Shown: positions 50,463-60,875 of the stretch, piece after piece
Layout: every line of letters starts with the position of its first letter
Numbering within the stretch: the stretch's first letter is position 1
Origin: Bacteroidota bacterium
Lineage (GTDB): Bacteria; Bacteroidota; Bacteroidia; UBA7662; CANHCV01
Length of the DNA: 64,000 nt
Reading direction: 5' to 3'
Assembly: GCA_947501265.1 (NCBI GenBank)
Contig: CANMVY010000010.1
Location: 19,569-83,568 of the forward strand
Notes under the pieces: generated by a model
Seen by the model: only the letters and a program-made list of their open reading frames with translations
Database searches by the model: none
Told to the model about the DNA's origin: nothing
Translations under genes and position numbers: made by a program

Positions 50463-51014
50463 ATGAATCATAAGCGTACTAAGATTTCTGTAATTGTTGC
50501 CTTGGTTATGGGTGCTGGGTTAATGCGTCTCATTCCCAACACCAACGGATTTGTTCCCGTAACGGCCGCTACGGTGTTTGCAGCTGCCTTTATCGGCCGA
50601 AAAGGTTGGGCGGTTTTGCTTCCCATTTTTTCCGTTTGGTTAACCGATTTGGTATTAAACAATACCGTTTACGCTTCCTTTTTTGATGGGTTTACTTGGT
50701 TAACGCCCGGTTTCGCCTTCCAATTTTCTGCTTATGCCCTTATTTCTTTGATGGGCTTCCAGGTTGGACAAAATGCATCATCGTCTAGAATTGGATTGTT
50801 TTCCATCACCTCTTCCCTCATTTTCTTTTTGGTTACCAACTTCGGTGTTTGGATCGCGGGCGGATTTTATTCCCCCGATTTTGCAGGATTGATGGAGTGC
50901 TACGCCATGGGAATTCCTTTCTTGGAGCGCAGCTTGGTGGCCGACGTGTTGTTTGCACAGGTTCTATTCCATGGGTTCTCCATGGCCCAAAAGCGTTTCC
51001 CAGCTTTGGGATAA
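50463..51014 (+). CDS. DUF6580 putative vitamin transporter (ECF S-component-like)
   Basis: RLIP, F-x-P-x-x-A, FFLVTNFGVW, Y...GL-x-x-CY-x-x-GIPF. Confidence 0.8.
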   Translation: MNHKRTKISVIVALVMGAGLMRLIPNTNGFVPVTAATVFAAAFIGRKGWAVLLPIFSVWLTDLVLNNTVYASFFDGFTWLTPGFAFQFSAYALISLMGFQVGQNASSSRIGLFSITSSLIFFLVTNFGVWIAGGFYSPDFAGLMECYAMGIPFLERSLVADVLFAQVLFHGFSMAQKRFPALG

Positions 51015-51020
51015 TCCAAC

Positions 51021-52424
51021 ATGAAAAAGCGAACTGGAATCATCCCTTATCGTACGACTTTGTACGAAACCAGTTCTGGCCGAATTATTCCTCGGGAAGA
51101 ATGGACAACCTATCCCGGCACCCTCGATTTGCCTGAAATTTGCATTTTCGCCGCTTGCGGTTTTTTTCTTGGCGATGCTTCTTATTACCAAGAGCTCAAA
51201 GCCATTCCTCCGGCTTCGGAGTTTGAAGAAGAAAACGGCGTGGTTTCAAACATTCAAACCTATTTCCGTTGGACCTATCAACCGAGAGACATTTCATTGC
51301 AACAAGCAACGGAAGAGTTCACTAAAATTTTCCATCAGGTCATTCAAAAAGGCGTTGAAGGCAAAAACGTCATTCTTCCGTTATCGGGCGGATTGGATAG
51401 CCGTTCCTTGGCAGCAGCATTAAAACATCACTCGCCCTTGTATTCTTACAGTTACGGATACAAAAACGGGATAGGAGAAACGAATTTTTCAAAGCAAATC
51501 GCCCAAGCAGAAAATTTTAAGTTTGACGGATTCGAAATTGGAGATAACTACCTATGGGGAAAAATCGATCAGCTTTCCGATATTCTTCAAAATTATTCAG
51601 AATTTACCCATCCTCGCCAAATGGCGGTTTACGATGCTTTAAAAGGAAAAGGAAATCTTTTCGTTCTTGGGCATTGGGGCGATGTTCTTTTCGACGGAAT
51701 GGGCATGAAATCCAATGCTACCTTTGAAGAAATGGTTGACGCTTTGTACAAAAAGGTTTTGAAAAAAGGCGGAAAAGAATTGGGCGAAGCCCTGTGGAAC
51801 CAATGGAATTTGGATGGCTCTTTTTCCGATTATCTTCGAAATCGCTTGTCGTCCCTTTTAGCAGAAATTGAAATAGAAGATCCCAATGCGCGCATTCGTG
51901 CGTTCAAATCCTTGCATTGGGCATCGCGTTGGACCAATTCCAACATGCATATTTTTGAAACCATTTCGCCCATTTTTGTTCCTTATTTCGAGGACGAACT
52001 TTGTCGATTCATTACCACCGTTCCAGAAAAGTGGTTGAACAACCGTCAAATCCAAATTGAATACTTGAAATCGCATGCCCCTGAGTTGGCTCGGATTCAT
52101 TGGCAAAAATATCCAGGGCGAAACCTTTTCAACTATCCCAGTTTCCACGCTTGGTGGTTCAAACCGGTACGATTGGCGAAAAAAATGGCTAGAAAACTGG
52201 GTAAAAAGGCCGTTATTCACCGCAATTGGGAACTCCAATTTTTGGGTGAAGAGAACGAAAAACAACTTCATCAGCGCATTTACGATCAACCCTTCAACAC
52301 ATGGATTTCCAAAGAGGTGATTCAGAATTTTTACCAAAAATTCATGCACAATGGGGTGGGTTATTCCCACACGGTAAGTATTTTGCTCACGCTTTCTTCG
52401 TTTTGGAAAAAGAAACATGAATAA
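51021..52424 (+). CDS. Asparagine-synthase-related protein (PP-loop), no full glutaminase domain
   Basis: PLSGGLDSR, SYSY, SEFTHPRQMA, LGHWGDVLFD, QIEYLK-x-x-APELA. Confidence 0.82.
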   Translation: MKKRTGIIPYRTTLYETSSGRIIPREEWTTYPGTLDLPEICIFAACGFFLGDASYYQELKAIPPASEFEEENGVVSNIQTYFRWTYQPRDISLQQATEEFTKIFHQVIQKGVEGKNVILPLSGGLDSRSLAAALKHHSPLYSYSYGYKNGIGETNFSKQIAQAENFKFDGFEIGDNYLWGKIDQLSDILQNYSEFTHPRQMAVYDALKGKGNLFVLGHWGDVLFDGMGMKSNATFEEMVDALYKKVLKKGGKELGEALWNQWNLDGSFSDYLRNRLSSLLAEIEIEDPNARIRAFKSLHWASRWTNSNMHIFETISPIFVPYFEDELCRFITTVPEKWLNNRQIQIEYLKSHAPELARIHWQKYPGRNLFNYPSFHAWWFKPVRLAKKMARKLGKKAVIHRNWELQFLGEENEKQLHQRIYDQPFNTWISKEVIQNFYQKFMHNGVGYSHTVSILLTLSSFWKKKHE

Positions 52425-53979
52425 AATCCTTCTTCTATTTTCCTTCTTGATGTTCCTAACCCATGCTTGGGGGCAGGGAAGCAAGTGCGGTACCGAAGAA
52501 TTATTGCGGGAATTCCGTCGTTTGCACCCAAATGCATCCATTGAAAATACCCAATCAACCCACCGAGCCCTCTACGACTCCATCATCATCATTCCCACGG
52601 TGGTGCATGTCATGCACGGTTTGGACGATTCGGTTGTAGGGCGAAAATCCAATCTGTCCAAAAAACAAATTGAATCGCAAATAGCCGCTCTAAATCGCGA
52701 TTTTAATCGGGAAAATTGGGATTCGGTAGCGACCGATCCCATGTTTAAACCCTTGGGAGGAAGAGCAAAAATTTTGTTTCAGTTGGCGGAAAAAGACCCT
52801 CTTGGGAATCCAACGAACGGAATTGTACGAATTCCTTACACCAATTCTTACGCCCACGGAATGGGAAGCGATGATATTCGCATGAAGAACCAATCTCGAT
52901 GGAATCCAGAAAAATACTTCAACATTTGGGTAGTGGGTGAGATCCTCAACGGTACGTTAGGTTATGCGTTCCTTCCCTACATGTTAGCCACCGATTCTAA
53001 CCAGCGCAAACGATTGGATGGAGTGGTCATTGGTTCGTATTATTTCGGATCGGCCAAGGAGAAAAGCGCCAACGACACCTTTTATCTCGATGCCATTTTC
53101 AACTTGGGACGAACTACGGTTCACGAAGTGGGACACTATTTCAATCTCGATCACACCTGGGGCAACGGAGGCGGCTGTTCCTCTACCGATTCTGTTGAAG
53201 ACACCCCGATTTCGAATAATTCCATTTTTGGTTGCCAAAACGGTCCTTTCGAATGCGGGAATTACCGAATGACAGAAAATTACATGGAGTATTCTGATGA
53301 CCGATGCATGAATATTTTTACGAAAGGACAAGTGGAGCGAATGCGTTATACGGTTCGAGAATACCCTTTCCGTTTTTCTTTGGCTGATACGGCAAATCTG
53401 CGAGCAACAGGGTTGTTTCCCTACGAACCTAAACGCCTTGAATTGGACTCTTTTGTTGGGAATTATTATGTGGGAAGACCGGTTTCTCGTAAACTTTCGG
53501 GAACGGTTTTCAACCGATTGAATCAGCCTTGGGGCGGCTCTACCGTTTACCTGGAACTTAAATCGAGTCCGTTGGGAGCCGCTTTTTACGATTCAACGAT
53601 CGCCACCGCCGATGGGCGATTTTCTTTTCAGCTGCCTACTCCGGAAGCCGAAGGCGTTTACTCGTTTCATGCATTCATCAACACGCCCAACTTTTTGGTT
53701 GATTCGATTCGACTTACCACCCAAACCTCGGCCCCAAAAAATCAATTTTGGGTTGGAACCGTTGGAGAAAACGGATTTTCGCTACACTCCAAAATGGCGT
53801 ATCCGATGAATGTTACCGCCACGATTGGCGATGCAACCGGGAGATTGCTTCAACAGAAAAAATTCTTGAACTTAAACGACGGTATTGTGGAATTGGATTT
53901 CCCGTTTCCCACCGGAGTTTACTGGATTCGATTGGAAACGGAAGTGGGTGTAGAAACGGTGAAGTGGATTCAGCGTTAA
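52417..53979 (+). CDS. M43 (pappalysin/ulilysin) zinc metalloprotease, probable T9SS cargo
   Basis: Cys-switch KCGT, HEVGHYFNLDH, Met-turn ENYMEY; C-terminal DATGR...GVYWI. Confidence 0.93.
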   Translation: MNKILLLFSFLMFLTHAWGQGSKCGTEELLREFRRLHPNASIENTQSTHRALYDSIIIIPTVVHVMHGLDDSVVGRKSNLSKKQIESQIAALNRDFNRENWDSVATDPMFKPLGGRAKILFQLAEKDPLGNPTNGIVRIPYTNSYAHGMGSDDIRMKNQSRWNPEKYFNIWVVGEILNGTLGYAFLPYMLATDSNQRKRLDGVVIGSYYFGSAKEKSANDTFYLDAIFNLGRTTVHEVGHYFNLDHTWGNGGGCSSTDSVEDTPISNNSIFGCQNGPFECGNYRMTENYMEYSDDRCMNIFTKGQVERMRYTVREYPFRFSLADTANLRATGLFPYEPKRLELDSFVGNYYVGRPVSRKLSGTVFNRLNQPWGGSTVYLELKSSPLGAAFYDSTIATADGRFSFQLPTPEAEGVYSFHAFINTPNFLVDSIRLTTQTSAPKNQFWVGTVGENGFSLHSKMAYPMNVTATIGDATGRLLQQKKFLNLNDGIVELDFPFPTGVYWIRLETEVGVETVKWIQR

Positions 53980-54683
53980 GCTTTTACCAACTCTCCGTTT
54001 CGAATAATCCCTACCGCATCTACCACATTTTCTTTCAAACAATATTCGATGTCTTTTTCAATTCCCAACCGCGAAAGACGGTGGTAATGGGATGAATTTT
54101 TGAGAAATCCGAACAAATCGTTTCGGGTTTGTTCGTACAACATTTTTGCGGCCATCCCGGCATCGTCGGCGCAACGGAAGCCGTGTTGCTCCAGGTGGAA
54201 AACCATGGCGCCGGCAAAAAGGGTATCTTCAATGTTGAATTGATCCTTCCAGCCTGCACAATGAACCAAAACATCCGTTTCAAATTTCGCGCAATGTGCC
54301 ACGGTGGCTTCTAAATTCACGAACCCTGCGGCCATTATTTCCAACGCGCCTTCGGAAAGGTGAATGGCTTTGGTACCATTGGTGGTGGTTAACGCTATTT
54401 TTTTTCCTTGGATGTCCTCGCCCATGTAGGCAAAAGGAGAGTTACCAAAAGAAAATCCGTCTACCACTTTACCATCTCGTTCAGCGGCACCTAAATAGCC
54501 CAACTCTTCCCATCGTTTGGCCTCATCGGCGGTTGAAACGGGACGAATGCACGCAACTCCATGGGCCAATCCTGTTACCATGGCGCTGGTCGCTCGAAGG
54601 ACATCGGTTACCACCACTCGTTTATCCGACAAATCGAATAGGGAGATGAGAGCCGGGGTAAGGCAAACATGAACTTTAGGCAT
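53976..54683 (-). CDS. comB: 2-phosphosulfolactate phosphatase family
   Basis: DVLRATS, AERDG, GNSP, TTTNGT, CAGW, ED. Confidence 0.92.
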   Translation of the reverse strand: MPKVHVCLTPALISLFDLSDKRVVVTDVLRATSAMVTGLAHGVACIRPVSTADEAKRWEELGYLGAAERDGKVVDGFSFGNSPFAYMGEDIQGKKIALTTTNGTKAIHLSEGALEIMAAGFVNLEATVAHCAKFETDVLVHCAGWKDQFNIEDTLFAGAMVFHLEQHGFRCADDAGMAAKMLYEQTRNDLFGFLKNSSHYHRLSRLGIEKDIEYCLKENVVDAVGIIRNGELVKA

Positions 54684-54684
54684 C

Positions 54685-56808
54685 TTACTTGATGGTTTTG
54701 ATGCCCATGTTCCAAAGCATGAATGCCCATTTATCGGCATTTTCATCCAGCACTTTAGCAAGCGGTTTTCCAGCACCGTGGCCGGCATTCACATCAATTC
54801 GAATGAGTGCTGGCGCGGGACCGGCTTGGCATTCTTGCAAGCGAGCGGCGAATTTGAAACTGTGAGCTGGAACTACGCGATCGTCGTGATCACCGGTCGT
54901 TACCATGGTTGCCGGATAATTCGTTTTGGGTTTCAAGGCATGGAGGGGGCTGTAACGATAGAGGTACTCGAACATTTCCTTGGATTCTTCCGAGCTACCG
55001 TATTCGGGAACCCATCCCCAACCCACGGTAAACTTCTGGTAACGAAGCATATCGAGCACGCCTACAGCGGGGAAAGCCACTTTAAATAAATCGGGGCGTT
55101 GGGTTAAACAAGCACCCACCAACAATCCGCCGTTGGACCCTCCTGCGATGGCCAGAAAATCCTTGGAAGTATATTTTTCGGCGATGAGGTATTCGGCAGC
55201 TGCAATGAAGTCGTTGAAAACATTTTGTTTTTTCATTTTCATTCCGGCTTGGTGCCAATTTTCACCGTATTCTCCTCCACCGCGCAAATTGGCGATGGCT
55301 ACGATTCCGCCTTGTTCAAGGAGCCACAAATAATTGGTGCTGAACGATGGCGTTAAGGAAATATTGAATCCGCCGTAACCGTACAAAAACGTGGGATTAT
55401 TCCCCGATTTTTTCAATCCTTTTTTATGAACAAGGAACATGGAAACTTTGGTTCCATCTTTGGAAGGATACCAAACCTGTTGAACTTCCACTTCGGTATT
55501 GAATTGGAAATTGGGGTAAAACTCTTCAATGATGGCATTTTTTGCCCGGTGGAAAACGAACTGTGCTGTTGGTTGGGTAAACGATGAGAAAGAGATTTGA
55601 AACACCTCACCGTCTTCTGTCCCTTTGCTAACCGAAGCAGTTCCAATTCCGGGAAGATCAACATTGCGCATGTTTTGCCCACTGAGGTTACAAATCTTGA
55701 TTTTTGTTTGCGCGTTTTCGAGGTAGGTAAGTACGAGTTCATCTTTTACACGCAAAACCCCATCCAGCAAGGCTTCTTTGGATTCTGGAATAACGGTTTT
55801 GAAGGCAAATGAATCATCGCCAGCCGGTGAATAAACAACAACTTGGTAATTGGGTGCTCCCTTATCGCTCAAGGCCAAAAATCCTTGATCGCCGAGATTA
55901 TCAATGATGGAAACTTTATTGGAAAATCCTTTGGTGATGGCCTTCCAATTGTTTTTACGGAATTCCTCGCTTTTGCAAACCCAGGTTTCAAATCCATCTG
56001 TTCCAGTGGATTTGGTAAGGAATAAATACTTTTTGTCTTCTGAAACCTGCAATCCGTAATATCTAAGTGGGTTGGATGGATCTTCGAAAACCAAAAAGTC
56101 ACGGCTGATATCTGTTCCAACTTTATGGAATTTCACTTTCATGCCGGTATTGGTTCCTTTGAGTTCGTCGCCGGTTTTCGGAGCATCGTAGCAGGTGTAG
56201 AAAAATCCATTTTCCAACCATTCTGCACCCGAAAATTTCACCCATTTGATTTCGTCGGGAAGGTCTCTTCCTGTGGCCACTTCACGAATACGCAGGGTTT
56301 GCCAATCGGAACCCGCCATGGCCACAGAATACACCACGTATTGGTTGGAAGGGTCGTGAGAAAGAATAGAGATGGAGGCCAATCCTTCTTCTGAGAATTC
56401 TTTTGGATGGAGAAAAACTCGCGTATTCTCCCCCGCAAGGCCTTCAATATAGTAAGTGGGTTGGTTTTCATTCCCCTTTTGCAAGGCATAAATTCGTGAT
56501 TCACCAACATAAATAAAACTTCCTTTTCGATCGAAGTTGAGATAAGATTCTAGTTTCTCACGAATTTGTGTTCGATAAGGGATTTGTTGAAGGTAGTTCT
56601 GGGTAAACTCATTTTGTTTCCGAACCCATTCTTCGGTTTTTGGGGCTCGATCGTCTTCAAGCCAGTGATACGGATCCTCTACTTTGGTTCCGAAGTAATC
56701 GTGAACAACAGATCCTTTTTCGGTTTTAGGCTCATCCATTTTACTCTTTTTTTGTGCAAGTGCAGGGACAGAAATAAGGCCCGCGATGATTAAAAAGGCA
56801 ACTTTCAT
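54685..56808 (-). CDS. Prolyl oligopeptidase (S9A)
   Basis: DPYHWLE, YGYGGF, GGSNGG, DDRV, GHG catalytic triad motifs. Confidence 0.97.
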   Translation of the reverse strand: MKVAFLIIAGLISVPALAQKKSKMDEPKTEKGSVVHDYFGTKVEDPYHWLEDDRAPKTEEWVRKQNEFTQNYLQQIPYRTQIREKLESYLNFDRKGSFIYVGESRIYALQKGNENQPTYYIEGLAGENTRVFLHPKEFSEEGLASISILSHDPSNQYVVYSVAMAGSDWQTLRIREVATGRDLPDEIKWVKFSGAEWLENGFFYTCYDAPKTGDELKGTNTGMKVKFHKVGTDISRDFLVFEDPSNPLRYYGLQVSEDKKYLFLTKSTGTDGFETWVCKSEEFRKNNWKAITKGFSNKVSIIDNLGDQGFLALSDKGAPNYQVVVYSPAGDDSFAFKTVIPESKEALLDGVLRVKDELVLTYLENAQTKIKICNLSGQNMRNVDLPGIGTASVSKGTEDGEVFQISFSSFTQPTAQFVFHRAKNAIIEEFYPNFQFNTEVEVQQVWYPSKDGTKVSMFLVHKKGLKKSGNNPTFLYGYGGFNISLTPSFSTNYLWLLEQGGIVAIANLRGGGEYGENWHQAGMKMKKQNVFNDFIAAAEYLIAEKYTSKDFLAIAGGSNGGLLVGACLTQRPDLFKVAFPAVGVLDMLRYQKFTVGWGWVPEYGSSEESKEMFEYLYRYSPLHALKPKTNYPATMVTTGDHDDRVVPAHSFKFAARLQECQAGPAPALIRIDVNAGHGAGKPLAKVLDENADKWAFMLWNMGIKTIK

Positions 56809-56814
56809 GGTTTT

Positions 56815-57345
56815 TTATTTTCGATACAATTCAAACAATTTCCAAAACACAACGCCCGCACAAACGCTCACGTTGAGGGAGTGTTTTGTTCCCTCTTGGG
56901 GAATTTCCAACGCTCCATCCACCAAAGATAAAACTTCAGGTGAAACTCCGTGAACCTCATTTCCAAAAACCAACGCGATTCGTTGGGCTGGAAACTGCTG
57001 AAGGGTGTTCAGGGGTATGGATTGATCGGTTTGTTCCACCGCCCAAACTACCGTGTTTTCCGATTTTAACGCGAGAATGGCCTCGGCCGTTGTTTCCCAC
57101 TTTTTCCAAGGTACGGCATCCTCGGCCCCGAGGGCCGATTTGCGAATTTCGGGATGCGGTGGTGTTCCAGTAAAACCGCACAAATACACCGCTTCCAAAG
57201 CAAAGGCATCGGCCGTTCGGAAAAAACTTCCCACATTGTTCAAGCTTCGTAAATTATCCAAAACGGCAATCACCGGAATTTTATCGCTTTGGGCGAATTC
57301 CTCGATGGATTTGCGGCCCAACTCTTTGAGTTGCAACTGCCTCAT
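56815..57345 (-). CDS. SpoU/TrmH family RNA methyltransferase
   Basis: NVGS-x-FRT-x-D, KSALGA, FGNE, HSLNVSV. Confidence 0.92.
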   Translation of the reverse strand: MRQLQLKELGRKSIEEFAQSDKIPVIAVLDNLRSLNNVGSFFRTADAFALEAVYLCGFTGTPPHPEIRKSALGAEDAVPWKKWETTAEAILALKSENTVVWAVEQTDQSIPLNTLQQFPAQRIALVFGNEVHGVSPEVLSLVDGALEIPQEGTKHSLNVSVCAGVVFWKLFELYRK

Positions 57346-58136
57346 GGTGCAATTTTTTTAGACGCTTCCCAATATTGATCCATTTCCTCGAGAGGCATTT
57401 CACTCAACGATTTTCCATCTTCTTTCACCTTTTCTTCCAAAAACTGGAACCGCTGAATGAATTTTCGGTTGGTTTTTTCAAGTGCATCTTCAGGATTGAT
57501 CCCAATAAAACGAGCGTAATTGATGATGGAAAACAACACATCTCCCAACTCTTTCTCCATTTTTTCCGCATCGTTGGCTTCAACTTCGGTTTGTAGTTCT
57601 TGAAGTTCTTCCTGCACTTTTGCCCAAACCTGTTCCCGGTACTCCCAATCAAATCCAACGCCTCGAACTTTTTCCTGAATTCGGGCTGCTTTAACCATGG
57701 CTGGAAGCGATTGAGGCACCCCTTCGAGCACCGATTTTTTTCCTTCTTTCAACTTCAACTTCTCCCAGTTGGCCTTCACCTCGTTTTCATCGGCCACTTG
57801 CACGTCGCCGTAAATGTGCGGGTGACGGTAAATGAGCTTTTCGCAAATTCCGTTGATCACGTCGTTGATATCGAAAGCGTTTTGCTCGGCGGCGATTCGG
57901 CTGTAAAAACACAAATGAAGCAAAAGGTCTCCCAATTCTCCTTTTAACGCTGGCAAATCGTTGCTTAAAATGGCATCGGAAAGTTCATACGTCTCTTCGA
58001 TGGTGAGGTACCGAAGCGATTCCAAGGTTTGTTTTTTATCCCACGGACAATTTTCGCGCAATTCGTCCATGATGCAAAGCAATCGCTGAAAAGGTGCGCG
58101 ATCTTCCGTTTGATGTTGAGGGGGGGAAATAGGCAT
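57342..58136 (-). CDS. mazG: Nucleoside triphosphate pyrophosphohydrolase
   Basis: CPWD-x-x-QT, EE-x-YE, ELGD, RHPH, GFDW, second ELGD. Confidence 0.97.
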   Translation of the reverse strand: MPISPPQHQTEDRAPFQRLLCIMDELRENCPWDKKQTLESLRYLTIEETYELSDAILSNDLPALKGELGDLLLHLCFYSRIAAEQNAFDINDVINGICEKLIYRHPHIYGDVQVADENEVKANWEKLKLKEGKKSVLEGVPQSLPAMVKAARIQEKVRGVGFDWEYREQVWAKVQEELQELQTEVEANDAEKMEKELGDVLFSIINYARFIGINPEDALEKTNRKFIQRFQFLEEKVKEDGKSLSEMPLEEMDQYWEASKKIAP

Positions 58137-58240
58137 TCCGCAAAGTTATTCCGCAAATCATGGAACTTCTTCAAAGAAATTTTCGGAATCACCCCTTCGT
58201 TTTGCACATATTCGGTTTACATTTGAGAAAGTTTATTCCC

Positions 58241-58783
58241 ATGTCGGTACAGACCTCCTTTCAAAAAGCTTTCTTTTTCGCTGCCCAACAACATCAGCAG
58301 GTTCCTCAATGGATAAAAGGAACAAAGGATGTGCCCTATGCCGTTCATATTGGAAACGTAGCCATGGAAATCTTATTAGCCCACCAAGAATCTCCCTGTT
58401 TCGATTTGGAGTTGGCTGTTCAAATTGCGCTTTTGCACGATGTATTGGAAGACACACCTTGCCCGCAAACCATCTTATTGGAAGAATTTGGAGAAGCAGT
58501 AACTACTGGGGTAAAAGCATTGACCAAGAATAAAAACCTGAAAGATAAAAATCCGATGGAAGATAGCATTGAACGGATTTTAGATTCAAATCCCGAAGTG
58601 GGAATGGTAAAATTGGCTGACCGTATTACGAATTTGCAGCCTCCGCCTCATTTATGGAGCAGAGAAAAAATAGAATTATATTACCACGAAGCGGTACTTC
58701 TATGGGAAAAGTTAGGTCATTTGAATGTTGCTCTTTCGCAACGAATGACCGAACAACTGCTGGTTTATCGCTCTTTTTTCTAA
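58241..58783 (+). CDS. Stand-alone HD-domain (p)ppGpp hydrolase-like protein (SAH/Mesh1-type)
   Basis: H-x-x-...PY-x-x-H, LHDVLEDT, EFG, V-x-x-LTK, VKLADRITNL; TACATTTG at 58218-58225. Confidence 0.85.
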   Translation: MSVQTSFQKAFFFAAQQHQQVPQWIKGTKDVPYAVHIGNVAMEILLAHQESPCFDLELAVQIALLHDVLEDTPCPQTILLEEFGEAVTTGVKALTKNKNLKDKNPMEDSIERILDSNPEVGMVKLADRITNLQPPPHLWSREKIELYYHEAVLLWEKLGHLNVALSQRMTEQLLVYRSFF

Positions 58784-58836
58784 TTTAGAACTCCTCTTTT
58801 CGTTCTTAGAACGGTGGAAATAAATACCTTTGTAGC

Positions 58837-59961
58837 ATGAAATCCATCCAAATGGTCGATTTGGCCGCGCAATATGATCGATTAAAAACAGACATCGATG
58901 CGGCCATGAACGAGGTTATTGTTCGTTCCCAGTTCATTCAGGGAGAAGCGGTACGTCAATTTGAACAAAATTTAGCGGAAAAACTTGATGTTCCCTTTGT
59001 TTGGGGATGTGGAAATGGTACCGACGCGCTTCAAATGGCTTTCATGGCTTTGGAGTTAAACCCGGGAGACGAAATTATTGTACCGTCTTTCAATTACATT
59101 GCCGCCGCAGAAGCAGCAGCTTTAATGGGTTTGAAACCGGTTTTCGTGGACGTGGATGAGCATACGTTTTGCATCGATCCCATTTCGGTAAAAAACGCCA
59201 TCAAAACCAACACCAAGGCCATTGTTGCGGTTCACCTGTTTGGTCAGTGCGCTCCGATGGAAGAATTGTTGGATTTGGCAAAAGCCCATCAATTGTTTGT
59301 CATTGAAGATACTGCCCAAGCCATTGGTGCTCAGTATACGTTTTCGGATGGGCGGATCAGGTATGCAGGAACAATGGGAGATGTTGGAACACTTTCGTTT
59401 TTCCCAAGTAAAAATTTGGGGTGCTATGGCGATGGAGGCGCGGTGTTAACCCGAAGCGAACCGTTGGCAGAACGTTTGAAAATGATTCGCAACCACGGTC
59501 AGAAAGTTAAGTACACCCACGAAATCATCGGAATAAACTCTCGTTTAGATACGCTGCAAGCCGCAATTTTGGACGTTAAACTGAAGCATTTGGATTCGTT
59601 CACGGCCGCCCGACAAGCATTGGCCAAGAACTATTCGGAAGCGTTTTCCAAAATTGCTGGATTGATCCCACCAAGCATATCAGCGCAATCCACTCACGTT
59701 TTTCACCAATACACCTTGCGCTGCACCCATGGAAATCGACAGGCGTTGGCCGATTTTTTGAAGTCGAAAGGCATTCCTACCATGATTTACTATCCGATCG
59801 CCCTGCATTTGCAACCGGTATTTAAAGCCGAGCACGGTGAATTAAATTTACCCGTTAGTCTTCGTTTGTGCGATGAGGTGATCAGTTTGCCCATGCATAC
59901 GGAAATGACGGACGAGCAACGAGCCTACATCATTGGCGCTGTTTGCGAATTTTTCAGCTAA
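58837..59961 (+). CDS. DegT/DnrJ/EryC1/StrS PLP sugar aminotransferase (WbpE-like)
   Basis: NGTDAL, VHLFGQ, ED-x-AQ, SFFPSKNLG-x-YGDGG, NSRLD. Confidence 0.95.
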   Translation: MKSIQMVDLAAQYDRLKTDIDAAMNEVIVRSQFIQGEAVRQFEQNLAEKLDVPFVWGCGNGTDALQMAFMALELNPGDEIIVPSFNYIAAAEAAALMGLKPVFVDVDEHTFCIDPISVKNAIKTNTKAIVAVHLFGQCAPMEELLDLAKAHQLFVIEDTAQAIGAQYTFSDGRIRYAGTMGDVGTLSFFPSKNLGCYGDGGAVLTRSEPLAERLKMIRNHGQKVKYTHEIIGINSRLDTLQAAILDVKLKHLDSFTAARQALAKNYSEAFSKIAGLIPPSISAQSTHVFHQYTLRCTHGNRQALADFLKSKGIPTMIYYPIALHLQPVFKAEHGELNLPVSLRLCDEVISLPMHTEMTDEQRAYIIGAVCEFFS

Positions 59962-60226
59962 AGGGCAATAGGTTCCTGGGAAGTTTTCGAACCCATCCCG
60001 GTTCTTGATTCGTCGTACAGTCAATCTCAACATTCCGTTATTCTTTTTATTTGGTTTTAATTCAGCCGCTTCTTCCATTCCATCTCCTACCTTAGCAGAG
60101 TTCAAGCACCCAACTCTACCTATTTGAAGATAGGAAGATCATTGCTACCGTTGATGTTGGGCCATTTCATGGCTCTAAATTCAACGATTATTCTTTTTTT
60201 CACCTTTTACCTTAAAAACCAAAAAA

Positions 60227-60787
60227 ATGACAAGCACGTTCACATTGATCCATCGATTCTCAAGAATCTTTATCGCGGCCCTACTTTTTTTCCCGCTCAC
60301 CCTTTTTAGTCAGGAAGTCCCTTCAGCAGAAAAAAAAGATGGGTGGGCCATTCAATTGGGGGCGGGCTACCTCTACAGCGGAAACATTGGAATTCTTGCC
60401 GAAAGGCAAATTCTTCTGAAGAATAACCTTCGTGTTTCCCCCTTTGCCTCTACCGGATTTGCGGATGGTGGCGAAGACACTCAATTAAAAAAATACTACT
60501 GGTATGGTACGTCGGCTGGGTTTAATTTGGAATACGGAAACAAGCACCGGGTGGTTTTCGGGCCATCCTTGGTTCTTCAAAACCTCATTGGAAACTCGGT
60601 TGATGCTAAAAAAACTCAGTTAACCAGCTATTCACTCATTTTAGGGTACAAAGGCACCGCAGATTATGGATTGATCTGGCAGATATACCTTGGAAACATC
60701 TATTCCCAAGATGATGATCCGTTTTCCGGTAACCTGGATTATTCGAATCGTTCCCAGGTTGGACTTGGTTTGGGGTACAAATTTTAA
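60227..60787 (+). CDS. Hypothetical outer-membrane beta-barrel protein
   Basis: Signal peptide ending LFS-Q, amphipathic strands, terminal GLGLGYKF. Confidence 0.7.
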   Translation: MTSTFTLIHRFSRIFIAALLFFPLTLFSQEVPSAEKKDGWAIQLGAGYLYSGNIGILAERQILLKNNLRVSPFASTGFADGGEDTQLKKYYWYGTSAGFNLEYGNKHRVVFGPSLVLQNLIGNSVDAKKTQLTSYSLILGYKGTADYGLIWQIYLGNIYSQDDDPFSGNLDYSNRSQVGLGLGYKF

Positions 60788-60828
60788 CTTCAAGGAATCT
60801 TTCTTGATCTAAGATCCTATTAAAACCA

Positions 60829-60856
60829 AAAAGGGCAGCCCATCGGCTGCCCTTTT
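60829..60856. terminator. Bidirectional intrinsic terminator
   Basis: AAAAGGGCAGCC-CATC-GGCTGCCCTTTT between convergent genes. Confidence 0.9.
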
Positions 60857-60875
60857 CTTATTTTCAATTTCGGGT

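Noticed and set aside
51021-53979. Lasso-peptide cluster (Asn-synthase-like + protease)
   Set aside because: No precursor, PqqD/RRE or transglutaminase-like B protein; the protease is a secreted M43
59962-60226. 265-bp intergenic region as ncRNA or pseudogene
   Set aside because: No convincing structure, motif or homologous reading frame by eye
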